From Chrysomallon squamiferum (taxonomy: Eukaryota; Animalia; Mollusca), in the NCBI GenBank assembly GCA_012295275.1, contig CM022674.1, forward strand, positions 5,642,001 through 5,706,000: a stretch of DNA of 64,000 nt. The letters are read 5' to 3'. This document shows, piece after piece, positions 39,317-53,169 of this stretch. Within the stretch, counting starts at the first letter, position 1. Every line of letters begins with the position of its first letter. Under the pieces are notes generated by a model. That model had not been told where the DNA came from. It saw only the letters and a program-made list of their open reading frames with translations, and made no database searches. Both the position numbers and the translations under genes were made by a program.

Positions 39317-42300
39317 TATAATGTAAAAATGCAGGTTATCATTGGAGACAAAAAATAGAAAAACTATTAAATTATCTAGTACGTACTGTAACTATTAAGT
39401 TATCAATTACATACTCTAATTCTGGCCTGTCACAACAATTTTCTAATTCAAGAAGCACATAAAAGAAGGGTTAGTCAGATTTATAATGGATGCATGCACC
39501 TCACAGGCAAAACTGCACTGTGATGATAGTCTAGAAATACCATACCAGTGTACCAAAGCCACCCCAACCACCTACCTAGCTTCCCAGTAAGCAGACACCT
39601 TGCATTAGGCTTTTAATTTGTGAGAAAAGAAGAATCAAGTTTTTGATTTTAGCTAAGATAACACAATATATCTGTTGCTTAAGAAAGTTGAGTAAAAATA
39701 TGCAAATATAATTACAGAAGGTAACGATGTTAATTTACTTGCCAGAAACTTGAAAAAAAGGGGCTAGCTAATAAGTATCTGTACTGTTGTAGAAATGGGA
39801 AACTAAAATATATGGGAATTCTGGCTTCCCTGTGAATATTCCACTTCCATCACTGCATCAGTGTTGTCAATGAGCATAACATCAAGTGAGCAGATTTCAT
39901 TATGTTTAGCAGTTAGCTGTGAAGGTAATGAATCTTTGATCATTTAAATCACTTGCAGATTTTAGATACTCCTGTGCAAAACAGCTGGTTCAACAGAAAT
40001 TGTTAGTAAAAAATGAATTGAGTTTGTCTGAACTGTTGAGCATGTGAGATAAATAACATTAAAATGCAAACAAAGATCAAATAACAAAAAATGTAAATGA
40101 AGATAAGATACAGATTATGAGATAAATTACATAAAATGTAAATGAAGATAAGATACAGATTATGAGATAAATTACATAAAATGTAAATGAAGATAAGATA
40201 CAGATTATGAGATAAATTACATAAAATGTAAATGAAGATAAGATACAGATTATGAGATAAATTACATAAAATGTAAATGAAGATAAGATACAGATTATGA
40301 GATAAATTACATAAAATGTAAATGAAGATAAGATACAGATTATGAGATAAATTACATAAAATGTAAATGAAGATAAGATACAGAATATGAGCTAAATAAC
40401 ATAAAATTTAAATAAAGATAAAATACAGAATATGAGACTGATAACATAAAATACAGAATATGAGATAAATAACGAAATGTAAATGAAGATCAAATGCAGA
40501 ATATGATTTAAATAACATAAAATGTAAATGAAGATCAAATACAGAATATGAGATAAATAACATTAAAATGCAAATGAAGGTCAAATGCAGAATATGAGAC
40601 AAATAACAAAAAATGTAAATGAAGATAACATTCAGATTATGAGATATATTACATAAAATGTAATTGGAGATAAAATACAGAATATGAGATAAATAACAAA
40701 ATGTAAATGAAGATAACATTCAGAATATGAGACAAATAACAAAAAATGTAAATGAAGATAAGATACAGATTATGAGATAAATTACATAAAATGTAAATGA
40801 AGATAAAATACAGATTATGAGAAAAAAAACAAAATGTAAATGAAGATAAAATACAGAATATGAGATAAATAACAAAATGTAAATGAAGATAAAATATAGA
40901 ATATGAAATAAATAACATAGAATGTAAATGAAGATAAGATAGGGAATATGAGCCAAATAACAAAACAAATGATGATAAAATACAAAATATAAGATAAATA
41001 ACATAAATATAAATGAAGATAATATACAGAATATGAAGATAAATTACATAAAATGTAAAAGAAGATAAAATGCAGAAGGTGACCATTACATTTTGTCAAT
41101 AAGTATATTAACAAATACATACTGCCTGATTCACATTCAAAGCAGTCATTTTCAGTCATTTCATGAAATGACTGGTTATTTCAAACATTTCAGTTAATGA
41201 CTGATTTTTACAGATTGACTGTAATATTTACACTCTGTGTTCTCGAAAGTAATAATACCAAACATTCAGTATGAAATACACAGTGCTATTAAGTTAGTAA
41301 AAAAAGAAACTGATATATGCAGTTGTATTTATTAATTAAAATATAACAAAAAAAAAAAGGACAGGAATGAAATTAAAAAATACTGATATTTATTTGCTAA
41401 TTGTTGTAAAGATAGATCCTGAAAATATAAAAATGGTTTCCATAGTTATCACTAATCAAAGCTTAAAAAAAAAAAATATATATATATAAGCTATCATATT
41501 TCTTTTCAAAACATGTCCAGAGGCTTTCAAGTGAAAACTGATGCCAGGAATGGAAACTCATTACTGTGGTTACCACTAATTAAAGCCTTTTTGTAAAATA
41601 AAACTCTAAAATTTCTTTTTATTAATATATATATATATATATATATATACAAGTTTAGTGTCATAAAAACACTCAGAAACATACACACATACATGTATAC
41701 ATAATGTGTTAAATGTTTTTTAAATTTTTTTATTTTATTTTTGGTTACAGTATCTACCCTTTTCAAAATAAACATTAAATATTATCTTTAACACACCCAG
41801 TTATAAATTTAAGCTCACTTGAATGCTTCTGTGAAATTTATGTATACATTTTAATATCAGTAACTCTTACCCACAGTAATTTAGACAACAGAAATTCATT
41901 TTAAAAGGGTAGCACAGCATGATTTTTTTGCCTTTAGAAGATGTAATAGGTGTCGTGTAATCTCACATACGTTTATATATAATGTTCGTGTTTAAACAGC
42001 TCGGTTCCACTTGCTTGGTTTCTGACTTCATTCAGAATGTCCACTGATGCTAGAAGACCACATAATTTTGTAATTCAGTGTTGGCTGTAGGTTTTGAAAA
42101 TGTCAAAATGACATATCTCTGTATTCGTTTGTGATAGGGGCATGTGGAAAAGAATACAAGAGAATTGAAACTTTGAAAGTGTTACTGGTGTGTTTTTTTT
42201 TGTTTTTTTTTTGAGATTTTAATCTTTAATAAAACACACTGAAAAAATTTGAAAAATTTGAAAACAAATATTATGTTGTGTGTGTTTTCTAACGTATTTA

Positions 42301-45300
42301 TTATTTTTTTTTTTCTTTATTATTATTATTATCTTTTTTTTTTTTTTTTTTTTTTTTTAATTATTATTTTTTTAAATAAGCTAACAAAATATTATAAGCC
42401 ATCCGCTTTTGCATTATTCCTTTTTCAACAGTTTCTGTTACTGGTAAGGAATACTGAATATTACATACAATAATTTATCATAGACATTAAGCTTTTATGG
42501 TAAACTACGGTAATCTACTTAACTGGTTACTCCTACCGGTAGGTGTAGACCTTTTTTTAATAAATAAAACACATAGATATATACATACTTACCAGATTAG
42601 CTCTCTTTATCAATGATTTTTTTTTGTATTATACGTTTTCCCCCACAGTATAATTATACAATTATGTGTTTTAAGCAAGCATATACCCATATCCACCCTC
42701 TTAAAAACTAAAAACATCTACACATTATTAACTATTAGAATTATAAATTGTGGTGGGTGTGTGGAACAGTAAAAAAGATTGTATAGAAATGTATTGTTCA
42801 TTTAATAATGTAGATGTAAGTATGAACTGACTGAATTAGAAATTATATATATATATATATACACAGAATTTCTATCTCCTTCAGGCATTGTATGTAGTTT
42901 AGAGGCACCAGCCAAAAATATAGTCTTTTGTGTTGGAACTATATTTAATTTGACAAAATGACTTGTTATATACATAGATATTTTGTTAACAGTTACTTTT
43001 TTTTTTAGTTTAACTGATGTTTTAGATATTAAAAGACTTGAAAAACAGTTTTCATTTTAAAAATAACAAATTGTTTGTAGTTAATAACTATTTTGTTTTG
43101 ATGTGTAGGCGACAGTTAAATCAATAAATGTAAAATCTTCTACAGTGAAGAGTTTATAAGTAAAATAGTAAATTTTATTCAGTTTTTGTATTATTTAGAA
43201 TTTCAGGATAAAAGAAGTGATTAGTTATTGTCTTATGATGTTTGGAATTTTCTGCTTTTGAATAGTATGCATTCATATACATTTGATACATACATTCATA
43301 CATAGATAAATACATACATACATACATACATACTTAGTACGTGCGCATGGACACACACACACACATCCATCCATCCATCCATCCATCCATCCAAAGAGGA
43401 AACCATTTTAGAAAAAAGAGAGCAAGATAATACAGACATACATACTTACATACTTACATCCATCCATTCATCCATCAATAAAAAAAAAAATTAGAAAAAG
43501 AAAACAAGATGAAGTAATCTATACAGATTAACATTTTCAAATTTTTGAATGTTAACCAAGACACCAACTAGACCATAAAAAAACAACAAAAAAACTATTG
43601 TACCGGTTATATCAAACTATGTATGTTCTAGTTCACCAGCTCACACAATTTCAAAGAAACAACAAGAACAGTGCTTGTTTATTCTTTTTTCTTTTTTTTC
43701 TTTTTTTTTCTTTCTTTCTTTCTTTCTTTTATGAATTGTCTGCTGCCTGGTATAGATAATTTTCAAAGATGCTTAAACGCAAGCCCTCGCTTTATTCTGT
43801 ACAAAAGAAGTTTGGTGAACCTCTCACCGGCCAAGTTTTGTATCTGTTATCGCCGGCAGAATTCAAAACACTTGATGGAGACACATAGATGAAAAACTAA
43901 CTTGCCACACTTCGCTGCACTTCAATGGAACAGCACTGCTTCACGGGGTATTCGGGTTGACAGTAATGGGTGCTTAGTTTCGAAGGAGGTTTGCTTGTAT
44001 TATGCGCCCCCCTCCCTCCCTCCCGCTCCATTTTTCTTGTGAGTCATCTGTTTGTTGCAAGTAACTGACATTATTATGGTGTATTTTTTTTGTAAATTTC
44101 TTAAAGTTTTCTTTTTTTTTTTTTTTTTGTAGCTTGGGTGTGAAGCCAGGCATGGTAAAATTTTTTTTTTTTTTATTTTTTTTTTATTTTTTTGAACTGA
44201 GTACATGTACTCGGAAACACTTGAGAGGAATGTGGAGTATTTATTTAATTTATTGTAAACAAAATACCTGGATTATTCTACCATGTACATTTCTTTTCTC
44301 GTCTTCTCGCCATCTTTATTTCACATGTGTAATTATCAGATTTGAGTTTTATCTCAAAAAAAAAGAAACATTTATCTGTTTATCGCACCTAATAAAATAA
44401 AATTCAGATTTTTTTTTTTTTATGAATCAAAATTACGAATACAAAAACTCGTACAAAGGGTTAAGGTGTGTGGTGTCATGACTTTGAAGGATAGGTGTTT
44501 ATAAAAGAATTCTAGCTGCTGCTTTTAACGAAATTTAATTTGGTGTTTTGTTCTTGTGTTATTGCTAGATTAAAATATGTTTAAAAGAATTATAGAAGAA
44601 TTCTAGCTGCAGATTAATAAATCTTAATCTGTTTTGTTTTTTGTATTACAAGCCATTTCAGATAAAAGTATTAAAAAGAATTCTAGCTAAGGATTAATAA
44701 AACTTAATCTGTTATTTTGTTTTTGTATTACTATCAGATAAATATATATTAAAAAGAATTCTAGCTAAGGATTAATAAAACTTAATCTGTTATTTTGTTT
44801 TTGTATTACTATCAGATAAATATATATTAATAATTCTAGCTAAGGATTAATCAAATTTAATATGTTATTTTGTTTTTGTATTACTATCAGATAAATATAT
44901 ATTAAAAATAATTCTAGCTGTAGACTGTTAATGACACTTAGGTTTTATTTTATTGTTGTTTTAGATCAAATGATTTTTAAAATAATTCTTGCAAGCAAAG
45001 CTTAATTTTGTGTTAACAATGTATTATCTTTAGTATACGTTAATAATGTAATATCTTTTGTACTAATTAACAGTGTACTATCTTTAAATTTTAATATGCA
45101 TTGATAATGTATTATCATTAATATATATTCAGAATATATCTTTAGTACATATTACCAGTATACCATCTTTAGTATTCATTAAGAATCTGATATCTTTAGT
45201 ATATGAAATTGGTATGCCATCTTTAGTATACATTAAGAATCTAACATCTTTATTTAAGAATCTAAATTTTATTAGAAATCCGAGAAAAAAGTTATAATAA

Positions 45301-45607
45301 TAATAATAAGAAGAAGAAGAAGAAAACAGTTTGTGGCAGTAATCTTTACAATGATTATAAATAGTTTATCCATATTTTGTTTTAGTTATAATTATTTTAT
45401 TAAACTTTATTGTTATGCATTTAAACTTGTAAAATGCATAAACAGCAAAAGTCACCAATCTTTCATTTAATAAAACAAAGCTGACCACACCCAGTGTTTG
45501 TGATGCAATGACAAATCCTCTTGGTACTACTATATAAAAAGAAGAATGTAAATTTCAAATCACAAAATATATTTTGAAAGGATTTAACAAAGCTGACATC
45601 AAAATCC

Positions 45608-45647
<40 letters not shown>

Positions 45648-48036
45648 TTTTTTTTTGGGACCCAAGCAATCTAGATGAGCAAAACAGCCTCATCGTCAAA
45701 AACCTTTTTATTTATTTTCAGCCAAATGCATTATGAGATACATGACTGCTTGACAAACAGAAATAAAATTTCGTTTACACAACGAATTGGAAAATAAAAA
45801 AAATAAAAATTACATCAGCTAGTGCACGAGTGAAAGAAAATTTAGTCCAGCTACCCTGAACAACAATACAAATCTAAATAAAGAAAAAAACTGCAGAATA
45901 AACAGACGTGGGATATGAAAGGCTTGAGTCACAGGCCCCATCCCGATTCCCCATTATTTAGTTTCTGTTAAAATATGTCTGCTGTATCTGTTTACACACA
46001 AACAATCACCTGCAGAGGAGATGTCAAAAATGTTACATTATTAATGCATACTAAAGATAGTACACCTTTTTGAAACACTGAAAATATTACGCCGTTTTTA
46101 TATGCTTTTAAAGATTCTGAATGTATGCTAAAGATACATCATTGTCATATACTTTTTTTTCTCTCAGATTTCTAATAAAATTTCTAAATTCTATAAAATG
46201 TTCATCCTATCAGAAGACTGCAGCTCTTCTGAGACTCGCTTCATTCTCTGAATTTTCTTGATTCTTGCTTTTTCACAGTCATTCTGCCCAAAAATGAAAT
46301 ATCTATTACCAATACATACACTTTCTTTCTGTCCCACTCATTCTTGTTTTCCTTTTTCCAGTCTCAGAGTTGTGTTCCATCTTTTGTTTCAATAAGATCT
46401 GTCTGTCTTGTGTTTGAATATTTTTCTTCATTAGAGATCATGTTTGTTAAAATAATTAAAAGTATTCTTTATTGAAGAATAAGAATTATTTAAAATAATT
46501 ATTTAGAAGTTTTTGTTGAATAAATAACTTTATAACAACATGCATGCATGCATGTATATATATACATTGCATATACATACACATACACACATATATTTAT
46601 AAGTACACTTGTACACAGAGACACATGCACACACACACACACATACACGCACATACACACACACTCTCAGTTACTAAACCTTTTGATTTTATTACCAACA
46701 AGAAAACACACCCTTGACTTGTTAACAGACTTAATAAAAAAAATCAGACTGACATACACTGAAGAAATAAAATCATATTGGTTTATTATTCAAAATTCTT
46801 TATAGTTTACGCACTCGGTATGACATCCCTGTCAACTTTTCTTTCTTGTTACGAGAACGTCATTTGGTTCACAGATGACTGACATGGGATTAGGTACGCC
46901 TGGAACCAGTGAAAGAAAGGTTTGTTCTTTTGACGAATTTATTATCTTGGAGTTATGAGGTAACTTGTAAGGTGACAAATATATTTGAGCTTTTGATAAG
47001 CGTTACAAAATATCTGGCATTCCTTCCTGATATTTTTATGTCGCGGTGCTGGTGAAAAACAGAAGTGATAAAAGAAATGTTTTAGGAGTATAAACAAGGG
47101 AGTTTGTTCATCATGATATACCATATTGAGGCTCATGAATATTAATATACTTCTTAAGAATGTACTTTTTGTGTCTTGATGTAACCAGGACAGCAATGGA
47201 ATTTTCCATCTCTGTCTTTCTTTAACACCATCTAAACCAATAAACTGTTGATGATCTGAGAATCAAAACTCAATTTATGTTAAATTTAAACATTTAAAAA
47301 CATTATTTTTATAGTCATTTGTGTGTATGTGTGAGTGTGTTCATATATATATATATATATTCATATGGCAATAATAAAATATGACAGTGATACATCACAA
47401 GTTGCAGAAATTAATTGTTTTTTTTCTTTCTTTTTATGTATTCAAGATGACACTTTCCTTGATGATTCATACATTAAAATATTTTTTCGGTCTTTTGTCT
47501 TTTGACACAGACTGTATGTGAAACAAAAATATATTAACATAGATTCATAGTCTCGAAGTCTACAGTTTATTTACTGTTATTTATTAATTCAAGTTCTACA
47601 GTAGCTATATATACATTTTAAAGAAATAATACATATACACACAGACACACATACATGTAAATATATACATATATACATATATGTACACACACACACACAT
47701 ATATTATATATATATACATCAATCAACATTATTAACATTATCTTAAATTTATTTACATTTATTTTTCTTTAAAATGTGTGCATTTCATTTTATTTCTTAA
47801 AAGTGGTTCACTTTTTTTTCTTCCAGAAATTGTCTGTTTCGTGCACTGGGTGATCAACTGGAGGGTCACAGCAGAAACCACTACAAACATCGTCTTGACG
47901 TTGTCCACTACATGCAAGAACATCGCACGGATTTCGAGCCTTTTATAGAAGACGACGTGTCCTTTCAGGTTCACAGTAAGTACACTGGCTTACTTACTTA
48001 TTTATTTATTTAATTTTTAAATTTTTATTTTATAAT

Positions 48037-48075
<39 letters not shown>

Positions 48076-48128
48076 TTATTTTTAATTTTTTTACATTTTT
48101 TAAATTTTATTTATTTATTATTTATTTA

Positions 48129-48179
<51 letters not shown>

Positions 48180-50984
48180 TTTGGTGTGTGTGTGTGTGTG
48201 TGTGTGTAAAGTGAATGCAAAAATTCATCACAGAATGAATGCTAAATTATGCACATCACAGACATAACACATGCATGCGCACCATAACACACACACACAC
48301 ACACACACACACATTCAGACAGAAAGACAAATAAACACTTATACAAAACATTGACACACACATATAGAGACATGCATTATATAGCCCACACACACATACA
48401 TACACACACATACCACACACACACACATACACAGAGAAAATCAAAGGATACAAAAATTAGATAACACTAATTATTACAGAAGATTCAGGTGTTTTGTTCA
48501 CTGGGAGGGGGGGGATAATCATGGGAGTGCTTTGACAAGTGACAGATTAGTCCATCTTAACTTTTTTAATCCTGTTTTCTGCATGTCTGACTCCCTTCAT
48601 TAACATCAATGTGTATCCATATTTAAGTAACTGTACTCTTTGACTCACTTAAATAGCAGCTACTGCTGATGTAAGTATTAGTGACTAAACAGGTTTAAGT
48701 ACAGGTATGTAACACACTGGTATGTCAAAGTTTGGAGTTCAAGGAGGATAATGATACAGTCAAAAATTCCAAAAATTCCAATAGCAGAAAGATGGTGTGA
48801 AAACTGATATATTTTGTTGATGTGTGTTTGTTAATCTGTGTGTGTGTGTCTGTCTGTCAGAAATATCTGAGGTTTCAGTGATTATTAGATTTTTAATTTT
48901 TTTTTTTATTAGTGATATTGTTGTTAATTAATATCAGATAAAACAGAAATTCATAATCCTATTATTTGTTTGTATTTTGGCTTTATTTATTTATTTATTT
49001 ATTTATAAATTTTTAGATATGATAAATAATAAGAAGATATAATGATTTATTAATTTATGAATGTGTGTGTGTGTATATATATATATTTGTCTGTTAACAA
49101 TATTTTAAAGATATAAAGAAAGCAAAAACAAATTTAAAAAAATGGACTCTACAATGTAAACAGGGTTAGAATGGAAGATAAAGATCTAGTTTGATAATGG
49201 GTAGGATTTAAATTAACATAAAAGGTTATAAGAACAAGAATATGAATATCCTGTTATGAACAGATTTTTTTTAATTATTATTACTAATTGATTTATTAAT
49301 TTATTATTATTAACTTTTTAATTTATTTATTTTTAATTTTTTAATTATTATTATTATTATTATTATTATTTTTTTTTTTTTTTTCAGTTCAGAACTTGAA
49401 GAAGCTTGGTACATATGCTGGAAATGACGCCATTGTGGCCTTTGCTCGTCTTCATTCTGTCAACATCATCATTCACCAGCTCGATGCAAAACACCTAATG
49501 GTAATAATGAATTACAGTGTGTTCCTTTGCACTAAAGTAAATATATATGTCCACAAACATACAAAAAATCTATTTCCTGCCCATATACACTAAATAGGCA
49601 CACACGCACGCACACACATGCACACGCACACACAGACACACACGCACACACACAGACACACGCACACATACAGTCACACACACACGCGCACAACACAGAC
49701 AGTCACACACACACACACACACAGACAAACTCATATATATATATATATACATGTTGTCATTGTCACTGATGTTGTTGCTTCTTTCTTCAGACAGTTAAAT
49801 TTTAAAAATGTAATTTTCAGATCCAGGGATCACAGAATCCTAAAGTTCGCCAGCTTCACATTGCGTACCACAATGGTGACCATTATTCCAGTGTGCGCAG
49901 AGTCTCTGATAACACTGAATCACCTGCCAATATCAGATTACAGGTAACTTGTTTTGTCTCTGTGTGTGTGTGTGTGTGTATGTGTGTGTTTGTGTGTGTT
50001 TGTGTGTCTGTCACTGGCTAATTTTATATTACAGCAACTTATTCTGTCTATATGCTTGTGTGTCTGTCCCTGGCTAATGTTGTATTACAAGCAACTTATT
50101 CTGTCTGTATGCTTGTGTGTCTGTCACTAGCTAATTTTACATTAGCTTTCATATGCTGACATTATTTTTCTGTGTACGTGTGTGTATGCATGTATGAGTG
50201 TGTGTGTGTGTGAAACTCACAAAGTTATTCGTTAATTAGATTACCTTTAAGTATTTAAATACATATACTGTATGCATGTCTGTTTGATATGTGTTGTTGA
50301 TCTTTATATATTATTTTCATATTCATCACAATCATTACCTTCATTGTCATCATCATCATCATCATTATTATTATCACCATTATTATTTTTTCTCACTTTC
50401 ATCATCATCATCAATCATCAATCATCTTCATCACTATAACTACTGTGATTAAATTATCATTATTACCACCACACAGGATGATTCGAAAACAAGCGAAGAC
50501 AAGCCAACGAAACCTGCTGGACAGATGAACGGATACACGAGTCACCACCTCGCTGTTGTCAGAGCTGTCAGGGGGTACGACGACATCGAAGAGGAAGTGA
50601 TGAAGGCAACGGACTGCAAGGTCAGATTACAGAGTTAATCCAAAAAAATAATAATTAAAATTAAAAAAAAATTTAACGTTTACCAGATCGATAATTTTAA
50701 TCTGTAATTCGTTTTTCATTCAAAATTTAGAAATATTTAAACTTTTTTTTAGCACAAATAAAAAGAAATCAAATTAAAGATATATTTGTTAATTGTAATT
50801 ATATCTTGGTAGTTTATATATATATAAATATATGTATATGTTTATATAAATAAATATATTTGTGTGTATATATATATATATGTGTGTGTCTATGTGATGC
50901 AAATATAAATACAGTAATTTTTTGTATAATCGCTAGGTCAATTAACTTGGTTTATTGACTTTTATTGCAACACACATGCCCACA

Positions 50985-51039
<55 letters not shown>

Positions 51040-52695
51040 TCACAGTACACTAATGTCAGTATTCTAAGCTACCTACAATCAAAAATTAACTAGTAGTAGT
51101 AATAATAAATAATTTAAAAAACGTACATTTTTTCTGTTTGTATCATGCTTAGAGAGGGTAGACAAATGCAGAACGACTGTTACTGTAATAATAAATAAAT
51201 TTAAACACTTTAAATGATGCAAATGTTTGTGTTTGCAGGATGCTAACAAGGTGAGAGAGGTGCTGGTTGACTGTGACTATGATGTTGATTTGGCTATCAC
51301 TCACATGTTACAAGTGATGGACATCACAGATGGTAAGTCAGTGTATACTTACATCTAGTCCCCTACTTAACAGCCAGTGCAACCTGGGTCCATCCATACA
51401 TGTGACTGGAAAATAAAAAAATAAAAGAAGGAAAGAAAGAAAAAGAGTGTTAAAAAGATAAAGAAAATTGTATATTTATAATCTAGTCACTTGCTTAAAA
51501 ATATTTCCAACTTGTGTCAATCCATACATGTGACAGCAACAAAAACAAAAAAAGAGAAGAGAGAAAAGATAAATTAAAAACTATGGTTCCTTTCCTTGCA
51601 TAAAAAGGTATATTTGTATCTACTCCCTTGATTAATAACCTTTCAAATTAAAGTAAGTCCATACATCCATATGTATGACAGTAACAGCAAAAGTAAAGTA
51701 AAAAAAGAGTGAAAAAAGAGATAAATAAAATTCATGATTCATTTCCTTACATGAAATTGTAACTTTAGAGTTAGTCCCATTGATTAACCACCTTTCCTGT
51801 GCATGTCAATCATTTCACAAATTTTTATGTCCACCATACTGTCCTTCTAGTATTTGTATGTCTGTCTATTCAGTTATTTTACATATATATATATATTTAA
51901 AATTCTGTTATTATAGGCTCAGATGACACAGTCTCGCTTGCATCACAAAGAACTTCCACTGACAGTGGGGTGTGGTCAGATGGCACTGTGGGGCGCACCT
52001 CATCGAAGAAAGTTCACTTCAGGGAAGACAGCTATGGGGGTAGTTCCGGTTACGGTTCAATGACCAGCGATAGGGGTGGGGCTAGGCCCAAGTTACCTCA
52101 GGTAAGAAATATACTGGTTGGTTTCCATGGAGACGTGATTTCGAGTCTAGGCTCTGTCCACCTTCTTAAATATGTTAGTTAATGTCATTCATTTTGTTGT
52201 CATCTGCTTTAGGATGTTTAATATTTATGTTAACTGTTTAACTACTATTTTTTCATTTTTTTAGACTGTTTTTAGACTGAAGTACAAAGGTTGTTTTTTT
52301 TATATTTATTTATTTATTTATTTTTTATTATTATTATTATTGTTTGCTTAGTTGTTTTTTTTTAATTTTAATTATTTTATTTTTGTTTGTTTATTTTTTT
52401 TTTTTTTGGCTTATTTGGGGGTTTTTTTAAATTTATTTTTACTTTTTTTAATTATTATTTATTTTTTATTATTTAGATTTATTTTTATTTTTTTTTATTT
52501 ATTTGTCTGATTTATTTTTTTTGATTTGCTGATTATTTTCTTATTTTCTGTTTGTTTGTTTATTTATTTTATTTATTTCCTTTCTTTCTTACTTATTTTT
52601 ATTTATTTATTTACTTATTTATTTATTTATTTATTTATTTTTTTACTTATTTATTTACTTTATTTACTTATTTATTTATTTACTTATTTATTTAC

Positions 52696-52738
<43 letters not shown>

Positions 52739-53003
52739 CTTATTTATTTTATTTACTTTATTTATTTTACTTATTTACTTACTTACTTTACTTACTTACT
52801 TACTTTCAGTATTCATTTACTTACTTCAGTACCAGTGCTCGGCGAGGAAATCAAAAGAGCTTCGTAAACTGGAGAAGAAGAAACGTGCTGAGGACAGACA
52901 CAGAATGAAAATGCTTGGTTACCAACCAATGCGCATGCTTAGCGACGACGAGGGTAGTGTCGTCACGGTGATATCAAGAGGAAATTCCATGACTCGAATA
53001 TAA
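33895..53003 (+). CDS. OTUD3: OTU domain-containing deubiquitinase 3; 8 exons, 395 aa
   Basis: Exons 33895-34100, 47827-47975, 49388-49500, 49821-49943, 50477-50620, 51239-51332, 51917-52101, 52830-53003; GT-AG, phases consistent, 1188 nt. Catalytic motifs IPGDG|[55 protein letters not shown]; UBA-like [30 protein letters not shown]; C-terminal [12 protein letters not shown]. An upstream in-frame ATG at 33865 is an alternative start. Confidence 0.95.
40060..41075. repeat. 45-bp minisatellite, about 22 units, in OTUD3 intron 1
   Basis: Unit aaaatgtaaatgaagataagatacagattatgagataaattacat; identical text at 40141 and 40321 (4 x 45). About 6-7 perfect copies, then increasingly diverged ones. Source of four spurious minus-strand ORFs. 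Confidence 0.95.
44500..45000. repeat. ~75-90-bp tandem repeat, about 6 copies
   Basis: aattctagct recurs near 44508, 44599, 44679, 44757, 44832 and 44910 within aaaagaattctagctaaggattaataaaacttaatctgttattttgtttttgtattactatcagataaatatatatt. Confidence 0.85.
51340..51810. repeat. Degenerate ~130-150-bp tandem repeat, 3-4 copies, in OTUD3 intron 6
   Basis: Recurrent (a)tctagtcccttg(a/c)ttaa...tccatacatgtgac...aaaagataaa. Confidence 0.6.
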
Positions 53004-53169
53004 CTTAAGTGACTTTACCTCGTTCATAGTGAAAATATGAAAAAAAGTGAAAAAAAAAAAAGCACTTGTTAATAGTTTTGTAGATATGTAGAGGATGATG
53101 ATATTATTATTGATGATGATATTACTGATGATGATATAAACTGACATAAGAAATGACAGAAATGTTTAC

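Noticed and set aside
39981-39994. acagctggttcaac resembling part of miR-133
   Set aside because: Partial match only, with no complementary arm or hairpin.
40060-41159. 45-bp array as a CRISPR array or as coding sequence (ORFs 40408-41159)
   Set aside because: Head-to-tail units without unique spacers, no cas genes, eukaryotic intron; the ORFs are by-products of the repeat.
46830-47232. Minus-strand peptides containing HRDIK (kinase-like) and CCPGY (EMI-like) as a nested gene
   Set aside because: Motifs lie in short frames closed by nearby stops, lack the surrounding consensus residues and cannot be joined into a gene model.
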